From the IMG/VR virus record IMGVR_UViG_3300037843_000280, positions 1-64,000 of that record: a stretch of 64,000 nucleotides of DNA; one strand, 5' to 3'. Source of the DNA: a virus. Made by a program: the position numbers and the translations under genes. Shown here piece after piece: positions 1-7,444 of the stretch (position 1 is the stretch's first letter; each line of letters starts with the position of its first letter). The notes under the pieces were generated by a model. That model was not told the origin of the DNA. It searched no databases and was given only the letters and a program-made list of their open reading frames with translations.

Positions 1-354
1 ACATGGACGACCTGTATGTCGTGGGAGGCGGCGTTCTCGCTCGGCTTCACGACGCGGGTCTGGACGACGACCGGGGTCACGCTGTCCGCGAACGGGCGCA
101 CGAAGTGCGGACCGGGTGCGAGTTGCCGCACGGGGTCGCCGAAGCGCATCACGACGCCGACAGTGCCGGCCTTGATTTGCGTGAAGGACAGCATGAGGAA
201 GAAGAAGAGCGCCGAGAGCGCGAAGAGCGGGACGCCCCGGAGCGGACGCCACTTAAAACTCAATTCTGAGTCACGGGTTCCTATGTCTACCATCGAGAAG
301 CCGAGACCGCCGAGCAACGAGGCAAGAAAAAACAGAAAGAACAGAAATCCCATT
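1..354 (-). CDS. SPFH/band-7 (HflC/stomatin-like) membrane protein, N-terminal 118 aa; gene runs off the window start
   Basis: Own minus-strand translation from ATG 354..352: MGFLFFLFFLASLLGG (TM) ...IKAGTVGVVMRFGDPVRQLAPGPHFVRPFADSVTPVVVQTRVV matches the SPFH N-domain pattern. AGGAGA lies 5 nt upstream of the ATG. Not in the ORF track because it is partial. Confidence 0.55.
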
Positions 355-370
355 GGGTTCTCCTATAATA

Positions 371-402
371 TGCGCGGGGGGAAGCAGCGCCGCTTCCCCC
401 CA
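371..402 (-). other. Perfect 10-bp GC hairpin (ggggggaagc/gcttcccccc, 6-nt loop) in the leader of the SPFH gene; possible terminator/attenuator or module boundary
   Basis: Inverted repeat seen directly in the sequence between the 547..801 gene and the SPFH RBS. Confidence 0.4.
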
Positions 403-546
403 CATAGCTCAACCAGCGCTCAATCCCTGACCCGCACCGGAGGACTCACGTGACATTCAACCCTGCCGGAATATTGGCGGAATCTATTGGCTGATATTGT
501 TGCCGATCTGATAATACCGCTGGCGGCGGGATTTTGCAAGTGCGGC

Positions 547-801
547 CTATTGCGTGAATGGGACGTCGCAGGCCTCGCCCTCGTCGTACTCGGAGATGAC
601 GCCGTCGCCCAGCACCATGTCAAGATGCCTCGCGCACAGGAATACCTTCTGCCCACTAGGGGCGATGATGTAGTCCACTGCCGGGTCGGGGCAGCGGTCT
701 TTTTCGTCCTGCTTAAATTCCCCGTTGACGCACGTGAACATGTCTTCTACCTCCATGCCGCCCACAGAGATGCTGACAAAGTATAGCTCGCATTGCCTCA
801 T
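547..801 (-). CDS. Small protein, member of a 3-copy paralogue family (EPAVDY ... FLCARHLD motifs)
   Basis: ORF track. It shares PAVDY(I/V)I and (W/F)(L/Y)CxxH(Y/L)D motifs with the proteins at 3812..3979 and 7706..7876. Confidence 0.5.
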   Translation of the reverse strand: MRQCELYFVSISVGGMEVEDMFTCVNGEFKQDEKDRCPDPAVDYIIAPSGQKVFLCARHLDMVLGDGVISEYDEGEACDVPFTQ

Positions 802-806
802 AAGCT

Positions 807-893
807 TGGTACGCGGGGAGGACTTGAACCTCCCCCTGCTTCACCTACCTCACAGCGGGCGAGCAGGTGCTCCTTCTCTGAGCTACCCGCGTA
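807..893 (-). tRNA. tRNA-like gene (87 nt, type-II length) with intact acceptor stem, D-arm, T-arm (GGTTCAAGTCC) and CCA, but no foldable anticodon arm
   Basis: The reverse complement folds with acceptor tacgcgg/ccgcgta, D-stem gctc/gagc and T-stem ggagg/cctcc. No 5-bp/7-nt anticodon stem-loop exists at positions 27-43. Confidence 0.4.
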
Positions 894-967
894 TGGAACC
901 CCGAACGGGACTTTTACCCGCAACCTCTCGGACTAGAGCCGAGCGCTCTGCATTGAGCTACCGGGGT
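894..967 (-). tRNA. Amber suppressor tRNA, anticodon CUA (74 nt)
   Basis: Reverse complement accccggta-gctc-aatgca-gagc-g-ctcgg-ctCTAgt-ccgag-aggtt-gcggg-taaaagt-cccgt-tcggggt-t-cca. Perfect 5-bp anticodon stem, U33, anticodon CUA, G37. D-loop and T-loop are atypical. Confidence 0.65.
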
Positions 968-969
968 GC

Positions 970-1045
970 TGGCAATCCGGGCGGGCATCGAACCCGCATC
1001 TCAGGTTTTAGGGACCCGGCTCTAGCCACGTTGAGCTACCGGACT
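970..1045 (-). tRNA. tRNA, probable anticodon CUA (76 nt)
   Basis: Standard acceptor and D-arm with T-loop ttcgatg. The only foldable anticodon stem (cgggt/acctg, one GU pair) gives loop ccCTAaa, with C33 and the residue at position 26 missing. Confidence 0.45.
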
Positions 1046-1068
1046 GTATTGTGACTGATACTGGAGGC

Positions 1069-1144
1069 TGGTGCGCCCGGTCGGATTCGGACCGACGATC
1101 CCTGATTTAGAGGCAGGAGCTTTAGCCCACTAAGCTACGGGCGC
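1069..1144 (-). tRNA. tRNA, anticodon CUA (76 nt)
   Basis: Perfect acceptor gcgcccg/cgggcgc, D-stem gctt/aagc and T-arm gtcgg-tccgaat-ccgac. Anticodon stem cctgc/tcagg has a C-U mismatch at 31-39. Loop ctCTAaa has U33 and A37. Confidence 0.55.
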
Positions 1145-1165
1145 ATGTCCTTAGTATACAGTCTG

Positions 1166-1849
1166 TCAAACATTTTCGTCCATTTCCTCGAACTGCTTTT
1201 TCAGCTTGAGATACAACTCCTTGTCGCGTTCCGCATTCGCCTTCTTTTTCTTCTTAGCGGCTTCCGCTGCCTTTTCCGCCTTTTCCTTGGCTTCCTTCTG
1301 CTTCGCCTCGAAGTAGCGGTCGAGGCGCTTCTGTACTTCCCTCGCAATCGCATCGTCGAGCGCGTCGTCCTCAAGCCCGAGCAGGTACGACGGGAAGCTT
1401 TGCTCGTATGTCACGTACTCTGGGTGGCAGTGGCAGGCGTCGTTGTACTCGTACGAGAGTGTGAACTGGCTCTCGTCGAACGACTCCAGCTTTTCGAAGC
1501 TCCCGTGCGTTCGGATTCCGGGAAGGTTCGCGATCTTGAGCCGCTGAAGCTCCCTTCCGAGGGCTTGGTTATATTGGTCCGCGACCGCGAACGTCTGCTG
1601 GTGAATCCACTCGTATGTCTCTGCCGCTTCCTTAACGTCCTATGTCATCTCAGTTCTCCTTTGTCTTAGTTTTTGGACTTCCTCGATCAGGCTGCGTATG
1701 AATGAGCACAATTCGGGGTTGTCCGTTCCTCCGTAGTATTCCCCGTCCACGTAGAACTTGTCCTGGTTGCAATGCCCGGAACAATGGCAGGGAACATGCT
1801 CCCAGCCGTACTTGGTGCCGTCAATCTCGATCTCCAGCATTGTCATCAT
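1166..1849 (-). CDS. Amber-interrupted early gene: one frame from about 1849 (or ATG 1840) to TAA at 1166, with a single in-frame TAG at 1640..1642; ~227-aa readthrough product with duplicated CHC motifs
   Basis: ORF-track entries 1640..1849 and 1166..1414 are in the same frame. Own translation of the 75 codons after the TAG (DVKEAAETYEWIHQQTFAVADQYNQALGREL...NDACHCHPEYV) shows no stop and no ATG/GTG/TTG start. Both halves carry CHC motifs. Confidence 0.6.
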
Positions 1850-2114
1850 CCTCGGCGCAGTAGCCGCAGTGCGGGCACGTGACGCCGTATAGAATTCCCC
1901 AACAGAACTGCTTGCCGCACTTTTCGCAGCACAGAACGTGAGAGCCGGGGTTTAAGCTCCCGCAGCAGCAAACTCTTTTCGCGCCGTCCACAAACTCCGC
2001 TTTCGGGCAGCGAGCACAGAATCTCCGGCATTTCCATTCGTCAGTCGCAGGCAGCCAATGGCCCCATTCGTGGAGACCTAACAGGCATTTGACTGCGCTC
2101 ATCAATTCGCTCAT
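1821..2114 (-). CDS. Cys-rich zinc-finger-like small protein (97 aa)
   Basis: ORF track trimmed to internal start MSELMSAVK, which overlaps the upstream stop as ATGA. Contains CxxC and CCC clusters. Confidence 0.5.
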   Translation of the reverse strand: MSELMSAVKCLLGLHEWGHWLPATDEWKCRRFCARCPKAEFVDGAKRVCCCGSLNPGSHVLCCEKCGKQFCWGILYGVTCPHCGYCAEDDDNAGDRD

Positions 2115-2296
2115 GAGACGTCTCCCTCGGGGTCGCCCTTCCTGCGGATGCCCCAGCCGCCGCGCCAATACACATCTAAGGTGTCGTCCCACATCGCCTC
2201 GCGACGGTCGTTCCAACTGGGCCAGACCTCGTATTCCTTCCCGCCGATCCCGAGGAAACCGCCCGTCTTCTCCTTCTTTGGCGGCAGGTCCTTCAC
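2111..2296 (-). CDS. Hypothetical small protein (61 aa), GTG start overlapping upstream TGA
   Basis: ORF track. The in-frame upstream sequence is Arg-rich junk back to a TAA. Confidence 0.4.
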   Translation of the reverse strand: MKDLPPKKEKTGGFLGIGGKEYEVWPSWNDRREAMWDDTLDVYWRGGWGIRRKGDPEGDVS

Positions 2297-2778
2297 TGGG
2301 TCTTGGGGCTGAGGCCGAGCTTCTTGTAGGCGTATTCCGAAGCGCCTTGGCAGGCGTCGCTGTTATCCGGGCGAATCCTATCCGCCTGCTTCTTTACCCA
2401 CTCGTGGAAAGCCCCCATATCGACCCTCAGTTCCACGTCGCGGGCAGCTTGCCGGGTAACATCGTCGGACTTGCGGTAGCAGTCGGCGGTCGCACCGCTG
2501 AAATCCCCGTAGTCAATCTCGGCGTCGGGGTTGTCCCACAGCACATCGGTGATGCTCAGCGGCGAGATCACGACCTTGTGCCCGCTGGAGACATACCTGC
2601 CGCCCACGATGTCGTAATAGGGCTTCTTCGCGGGGTCGCGAATCAGCAGTTGCAGCCGCCCGTCCCAGTACGCAGGCTCGGCCGTCACGGTGAAGATGTC
2701 GATGTTATCGACGCAGACCTCAAGCTCGCCGCTCGGGTCCGCCTCTTGCAATTCTTGGATCAGGTCCTTAGTTTTCAT
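2293..2778 (-). CDS. Hypothetical protein (161 aa)
   Basis: ORF track with ATGA overlap to its neighbour. Confidence 0.55.
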   Translation of the reverse strand: MKTKDLIQELQEADPSGELEVCVDNIDIFTVTAEPAYWDGRLQLLIRDPAKKPYYDIVGGRYVSSGHKVVISPLSITDVLWDNPDAEIDYGDFSGATADCYRKSDDVTRQAARDVELRVDMGAFHEWVKKQADRIRPDNSDACQGASEYAYKKLGLSPKTQ

Positions 2779-3227
2779 TGCACTGCTCCTTCGTATTTAG
2801 ACTTTAGTTCGAGGTAGCGCTGGCGCTCGGCTTCCTCCGCCTCACGCTGCTCCTCGGCTTCCTTTGCTGACACACGCTCAAGGCGCTTGCGCTCGTGCTC
2901 GTCGTACGCCTTTTTCTGCGCTTCGATCCAGTCGTCGATGTTGTCGAGCCAGTCGTAGGGGATGACGATGGATAGGTAGTCGTATTCGCCACCGCCGCAA
3001 TACTTGCGACCCCTGAGAGTGATACTGTTTTCCCCGAACTCGTAGCCGTCGTCGTCGGATGCCCTAAACTCGTAGCCAGTGCGTGGAACCCACTTGGGTT
3101 CGTGGTCTTCGTAGATTTCCTCCCGCAGAAGTCCGGCGTTTTGGGCTTTCGCGAAGGCTTCCCGCATGATCTCGTGGAACTGCCCCTGCAACTGCTGAAG
3201 CTGCTTGCCCATCTCCCTAATCATCAT
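2775..3227 (-). CDS. Hypothetical protein (150 aa), charged C-terminal helix
   Basis: ORF track with ATGATGA overlap to its neighbour. Confidence 0.55.
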   Translation of the reverse strand: MMIREMGKQLQQLQGQFHEIMREAFAKAQNAGLLREEIYEDHEPKWVPRTGYEFRASDDDGYEFGENSITLRGRKYCGGGEYDYLSIVIPYDWLDNIDDWIEAQKKAYDEHERKRLERVSAKEAEEQREAEEAERQRYLELKSKYEGAVQ

Positions 3228-3628
3228 TGTAGCTCTCCTATCAAGACAGAATTTGCTTGCGTTGGCACTACAGGATTTGCTTGCGTTGGCTCAGGTTCCC
3301 GCCAGAGGCGGTAATTCGATAATATTTGACGCTGGTGCTGTTCGAGCGGGACGGTGGCCACGGCGGACAGGCCCATGTTGAAGTCCGGCTCGTAGAACAC
3401 CTGATGACCGATGTCCTTGGAACGGAGCTTCTCGATGGCGCGGAAGAGCGCCTGCTTGTCGGGTACGCCGATGACTATGCACGACGGGATTTCGTCTATG
3501 TCTAGGTCTTGGGGTTGCAAACGGCGGGCAACTTCGAAGGTCGCGTGGTTGGACTGAACGACCTGTTGTGCGAGGGGGATGTCTGTCCTTACGAAAACGT
3601 AAAAATAGGGGTGCTGAACCTATGCCAT
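3224..3628 (-). CDS. Amber-gated early gene: AGGAGG-N9-ATG GCA TAG followed by a 131-codon open frame (TAG at 3620..3622)
   Basis: Own minus-strand translation: ...AGGAGGctcaaaaacc ATG GCA TAG GTT CAG CAC... runs into ORF-track 3224..3520. The track start is a TTG with no RBS. There is no other start between the TAG and that TTG. Confidence 0.55.
3251..3290 (-). repeat. Tandem 16-nt repeat atttgcttgcgttggc x2 (period 24) inside the 3' end of the amber-gated gene; encodes PTQANxV x2
   Basis: Seen directly in the sequence. Confidence 0.6.
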
Positions 3629-3811
3629 GGTTTTTGAGCCTCCTAGCTCAATACTGCTATACGGTCTGAAAGTTCGAAAAGTATGGAGAACAGCCAGTGC
3701 CGATCCCGGCCCGAAGACCAATTGCTCTGTCCTCAGTCCAGTTGGCTTTCACCAACCCCTCCGGCTTGCCCTCCAATATCAAGCATATTGTCTCACGAAA
3801 TTTCCGGCCTG

Positions 3812-3979
3812 TCAAGGTCTATCTTCCGTCAGGGAACGACATAGCACCGCGTCGTAGTGCTCGGTGCAGAGCCACACTTGGTTGAACTTGATGGGGGCGG
3901 GTTCGTCGCAAAAGATCGGGTCGCCGTCTTCGCCCGGCTCCGTGTGGAAGTCCACGATATATTGGCAGCTATGCGCCAT
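3812..3979 (-). CDS. Small protein (55 aa), paralogue family member (DEPAPIKFNQVWLCTEHYD)
   Basis: ORF track trimmed to ATG 3979 (MAHSCQY). Motifs shared with 547..801 and 7706..7876. Confidence 0.45.
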   Translation of the reverse strand: MAHSCQYIVDFHTEPGEDGDPIFCDEPAPIKFNQVWLCTEHYDAVLCRSLTEDRP

Positions 3980-4193
3980 CTTGTTTCTTACACGTCGCAT
4001 CCATAATTTCGGGCGGCAAGTACATTGCACATTTGTGGGTTTCTAGGCAACGCCTGCACGTGTAACGTTTTAGGCCGCAATAGCCCGTTGGGTTGTGGTA
4101 GCAATCCTCAGTGATCCAGTCATGTTTTCGTAGTACAGTCCTGTTCCCGAAACGCCGAACGCCGTGGCGCTTTCCGATGTTGGTTTTAGCCAT
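3969..4193 (-). CDS. Hypothetical basic small protein (74 aa); ends in TAG
   Basis: ORF track. ATG overlaps the upstream TAA. Confidence 0.45.
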   Translation of the reverse strand: MAKTNIGKRHGVRRFGNRTVLRKHDWITEDCYHNPTGYCGLKRYTCRRCLETHKCAMYLPPEIMDATCKKQDGA

Positions 4194-4198
4194 TAAAG

Positions 4199-4606
4199 TT
4201 ATGCCTTAGTAGGCACAGACCATTCCAAGACCACATCGTCCGGTTCGAGCGGCTGCGTCCACCTCCAAGAATTGTCGTTGGTGATAATCCGCTCATAGCC
4301 GTTGATTTCCATGTTGCTGACTAGGATGCGGTCATCCTTCGTGGCTCTTGCCTTCACCTGCTCCAGCGTCTCGACCTTTCCCCCGAGGTAGTACATGGGG
4401 CTTGTCGCCGTCACCTTGGAATCCAAGTCCTCATAGCCCCGCGAGCGCGTCGTGAAGCGGAAGCCGTAGGGTGTAGCGCCGTATCGCTCCGTGATCTCGG
4501 TCGCCATAGCCTTGGCTGCCTCTACGTCCCAGGAGTCAATCGGCTTCGTGGTGTCCTCCGCCACGAACGTGCCCGGACTGAAAAACGTCACGAAATGCTT
4601 TTTCAT
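4199..4606 (-). CDS. Hypothetical protein (135 aa)
   Basis: ORF track. AGGAG 5 nt upstream of the ATG. TAA stop. Confidence 0.6.
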   Translation of the reverse strand: MKKHFVTFFSPGTFVAEDTTKPIDSWDVEAAKAMATEITERYGATPYGFRFTTRSRGYEDLDSKVTATSPMYYLGGKVETLEQVKARATKDDRILVSNMEINGYERIITNDNSWRWTQPLEPDDVVLEWSVPTKA

Positions 4607-4671
4607 ATGTTCTCCTCTGAAACTCTAATACTCGAATACTCGCCGTCCTGCCCGTCGCCGGTTTCCTTATT

Positions 4672-4699
4672 AGAAACAAAAAACCCCGCTTGCGCGGGG
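4672..4699 (-). terminator. Rho-independent terminator on the minus strand (ccccgc-gcaa-gcgggg followed by TTTTTGTTT)
   Basis: Hairpin plus T-tract seen in the sequence, ~70 nt upstream of the 4199..4606 start. Confidence 0.55.
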
Positions 4700-4897
4700 T
4701 CGTCTGTCGTGTTGAGGTTCGTTCCCACGGGGAACGTGCAGGCCGTTTTTCAGGCGGCTGCTGCAAAAGCCATTGCCTTTGGGGCAGTGACGTTTATGGT
4801 TTTGCTCATTTACGGAAGTTTGCTCTCCGGCTCGCGTGCAACTCTCATCGACCAAATGTCGAAACCAGTTCACCCACATGGTTTTGTGGGGAAATGA

Positions 4898-4929
4898 TGG
4901 TGTAGGTGGGGGGATTTGAACCCCCGTCC
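4898..4929 (-). other. Orphan tRNA/tmRNA-like 3' fragment: GGAC-GGGGGTTCAAATCCCCC-CACCTAC-A-CCA, with no 5' acceptor partner
   Basis: T-arm, 3' acceptor strand and CCA seen in the reverse complement. The 3' end resembles tmRNA termini, but a CDS occupies where the tmRNA body would lie. Confidence 0.4.
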
Positions 4930-5021
4930 ATCTGGCGACCTAAGCACCCAACTCCCCTTGCGGGGTTGTTACGAGCGTGTACATATATTACTTGAAAAGC
5001 CAGAAATGTCAAGTGATTGTT

Positions 5022-6392
5022 TCAGGGTTTGCGGCGATAAGCACTTTGGAACTTGCGCTCTTCCTTGATCATGTCCCGCACTTCATCGTAAACCTGGCCC
5101 TTTGGGTCTAGGCCGAGTTCCTCGATCCACGCGGCCAGCTTCTTGCGGCGGTAGGTGTCCGCCCTGGTCGCGGCAGTCGGGCGCAGACCGGGAAACTGCC
5201 TGTGGGGTTCCCAAGGCGGCTCCCCCTTTTCCCGGCGCTGCTGTTCGAACGACTTGTCGCTGAAGAACCCCTCTGGCAGGTCCTCGTCCGTGATCTCGAC
5301 GGGTTTCTCCTCGGCGGTCTTCGAGCCGCCCTCCAGAAGCTCGATCTCGTTCTCAAGCTCAATCCTGCGAAGTTTCGGGTTCTGCCACTCGTTGAGATAA
5401 CCCTCATCTTGTACCAGCGCGAACGCGATCTGCCGCGCCCGCTCGCGGTATATGGGCGGCACCGGGGAACCGTGGGTCACGAGGAATACGATGACGCCGA
5501 GATAGTGCTGGTCGTCATCTGCGCCTGTAGGTTCCATATCAAGCTCATCCAGCAAGGTCTGAAGCTCGCTGTCTGGCACAGGCTCGTCGAAGCCCTCTCC
5601 CTCGTCGCCCTTCGGGCGGTGGCTGTCGAGAATGTCGTGCACTTGGTCGCTGTCGTAGGAGCGGTCGCCCCACTGCCCGGCGAACTTGCCCTGGCTCCGC
5701 GCCGCCCACGCCGACTCCTGCTCGACGCTGGCGACGTACTTCGACGGGTGCAGTTCGCGCTCGCCCTTGACCTGCCTCGGGTCGTGCGTCTCCGCCCACA
5801 TCGCCCACAAGCCCTTCCGCGCCCTGATCTGGTCGGCAAACTCCGCCTTGACGATCTCCTCGGCGACGTGCATCTCCGGCTCGGTCGGAAACTGGAACAC
5901 GGAGAACTCGTCCTCCTCGTAGTGCGTGACGTCGAAGTCCTTCATCCCGGCCTTGGCGAGGTGGAACGCCACGGGACCGGCGGCCTTTGTGGGCACCGTG
6001 AAGCTGAAGCGCGGCGGCTTGCCGGCCAGCTTTTTTGCGGTGCGCCAGCGCCCCACTATACCTATGCCGACAGACCTCAGGAACTCGTCGTCTTTCCTCT
6101 TCGCTTCCTCAGGGCTTAGCTGGGGCGGCTCCTCTTCCTTCGGCTCGACGATGCTCTTCAGGGTCTCGGCGTCGGTCCACTTGGCGCTGCGGGTACCGTC
6201 CTCGGTGACGACCTGGTAGTACGGCTCCTCGGTGTCCCTGTCCACGTCGATCTTGACCTTGACGCCGCTGCGCGGGCTGCGCCACACCTCTTCCGTCGCG
6301 CCGGATGGGTGGAAGCCGTTGGCGTTTAGAATCTCGCGCCAGTCGTCGTCCGGGAACTTGCCCATGTCGCCCTTCTTCAGCAGGTCTGCCAT
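5022..6392 (-). CDS. Hypothetical acidic protein (456 aa)
   Basis: ORF track. GAGGG RBS. TGA stop. No recognisable motif. Confidence 0.6.
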   Translation of the reverse strand: MADLLKKGDMGKFPDDDWREILNANGFHPSGATEEVWRSPRSGVKVKIDVDRDTEEPYYQVVTEDGTRSAKWTDAETLKSIVEPKEEEPPQLSPEEAKRKDDEFLRSVGIGIVGRWRTAKKLAGKPPRFSFTVPTKAAGPVAFHLAKAGMKDFDVTHYEEDEFSVFQFPTEPEMHVAEEIVKAEFADQIRARKGLWAMWAETHDPRQVKGERELHPSKYVASVEQESAWAARSQGKFAGQWGDRSYDSDQVHDILDSHRPKGDEGEGFDEPVPDSELQTLLDELDMEPTGADDDQHYLGVIVFLVTHGSPVPPIYRERARQIAFALVQDEGYLNEWQNPKLRRIELENEIELLEGGSKTAEEKPVEITDEDLPEGFFSDKSFEQQRREKGEPPWEPHRQFPGLRPTAATRADTYRRKKLAAWIEELGLDPKGQVYDEVRDMIKEERKFQSAYRRKP

Positions 6393-6426
6393 AGAACCCT
6401 CACCAAAGGGAGAGGAAAACGACTAT

Positions 6427-6669
6427 TTAATGGGGTTTGCTGAACATCGGGCGTTCCAGTTGGCCCCTGTCGATTTTCTCCTCGATGATGTCGGCGTACT
6501 CGCGGAGAAGCCGGACAAACTCGTGCCCCTTTTCGGTAACATTGCCTATGACGAGGATCGACGGGGGGTCGGCGCTCATCATCACGCCCGCGAAGGCGAA
6601 GCCGTATTTTGAGGCGAGCAGGGTGAAGTTCTGGTACGCGATAAGCAGGTCGTCCGGTTGTTGTGTCAT
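6427..6669 (-). CDS. Hypothetical small protein (80 aa)
   Basis: ORF track. Confidence 0.45.
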   Translation of the reverse strand: MTQQPDDLLIAYQNFTLLASKYGFAFAGVMMSADPPSILVIGNVTEKGHEFVRLLREYADIIEEKIDRGQLERPMFSKPH

Positions 6670-6701
6670 ACTGCTATCTTAGCAAATTTGGCCGGACTAT
6701 A

Positions 6702-7265
6702 TCAACAAGTCTGCGGCGGAATCTTTGGCGGAGTGCCTGAGCCGGGCGTCCCGCCACCGGGATTATTGCCCGAGGGCTGAAACCCGAGAGCCTTGGGACC
6801 GTCCTTGATCACGTTAGGCCAGTTCTTGAAGAGCGGGAACCCGAGGTAGTAGTTTCCCGCGAACGCGATCCAGTACCCGCGCAGCGGGTCGAAGCCCGCG
6901 TCGAGCATGGTCACCCTGCCCGTCGCGATAGGGGGAACCGGGGGCGGGATCGGGAGGCCGGGATACCTGTTGTACAGGGCGGGCGTCGCCGCGTAGGGCG
7001 GGCGGTCAAGCTGCGCGGCGGGGATGGAAGCGCCGAACCACGGCCTGAGGAAAAGCCGGAAGCCGTCCTGCCGCGTGAGTTGGCCGATGTCGTACCAAAT
7101 CATATACAGCGAGTTGCCGAACAGCACGGTGGTCTGGGTTTTCGCCCAGATCGTGGTGACGGACAGCATGGCGCGGAGGCCCGAGTCCCACGGGATGCCC
7201 GAGACCGGGAGCACCTCTTGCGGCTGAGGCTGGCTAAGCTGCAACGCGAATATGTTTTCGCCCAT
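6702..7265 (-). CDS. Hypothetical protein with Pro-rich C-terminus (187 aa; start trimmed to MGENIF)
   Basis: ORF track 6702..7310 trimmed to an ATG that overlaps the ferredoxin stop as TAATG. Confidence 0.5.
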   Translation of the reverse strand: MGENIFALQLSQPQPQEVLPVSGIPWDSGLRAMLSVTTIWAKTQTTVLFGNSLYMIWYDIGQLTRQDGFRLFLRPWFGASIPAAQLDRPPYAATPALYNRYPGLPIPPPVPPIATGRVTMLDAGFDPLRGYWIAFAGNYYLGFPLFKNWPNVIKDGPKALGFQPSGNNPGGGTPGSGTPPKIPPQTC

Positions 7266-7438
7266 TATTGTACCAGGTGGATGGCCTGAGTCTCGCACAC
7301 CGGCTCGCAAGCCCCGCAGTCAATGCAGTCCTCATTGACGCAGAACGATCCATCATCCTTTTTTATGATAGCCGCGACCGGGCAAGCCTCGACGCAGTCG
7401 CCGTCCCTCTTGCATTTCTCTTGGTCGATTTCGTACAT
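7265..7438 (-). CDS. 7Fe-type ferredoxin-like protein (57 aa; CKRDGDCVEACPV ... CIDCGACEPVCE)
   Basis: Own translation MYEIDQEKCKRDGDCVEACPVAAIIKKDDGSFCVNEDCIDCGACEPVCETQAIHLVQ. It closely resembles Azotobacter-type FdI cluster motifs. Not in the ORF track because it is under 60 aa. Confidence 0.65.
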   Translation of the reverse strand: MYEIDQEKCKRDGDCVEACPVAAIIKKDDGSFCVNEDCIDCGACEPVCETQAIHLVQ

Positions 7439-7444
7439 CAGCTT

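Noticed and set aside
4898-5300. A complete tmRNA (ssrA) gene on the minus strand
   Set aside because: Only the 3' T-arm, acceptor and CCA are present. No 5' acceptor partner was found, and CDS 5022..6392 occupies where the tmRNA body would be.
5202-6119. Long plus-strand ORFs antisense to real minus-strand genes (5202..6119, 7268..8161, 9616..10866, 11992..13023, 25304..26506, 29279..30244, 54841..56850, and 61202..62413 on the minus strand)
   Set aside because: They are Arg/Gly/Pro-rich and low-complexity, lie opposite strongly protein-like genes, and lack RBSs. They are typical open-frame artefacts of high-GC DNA.
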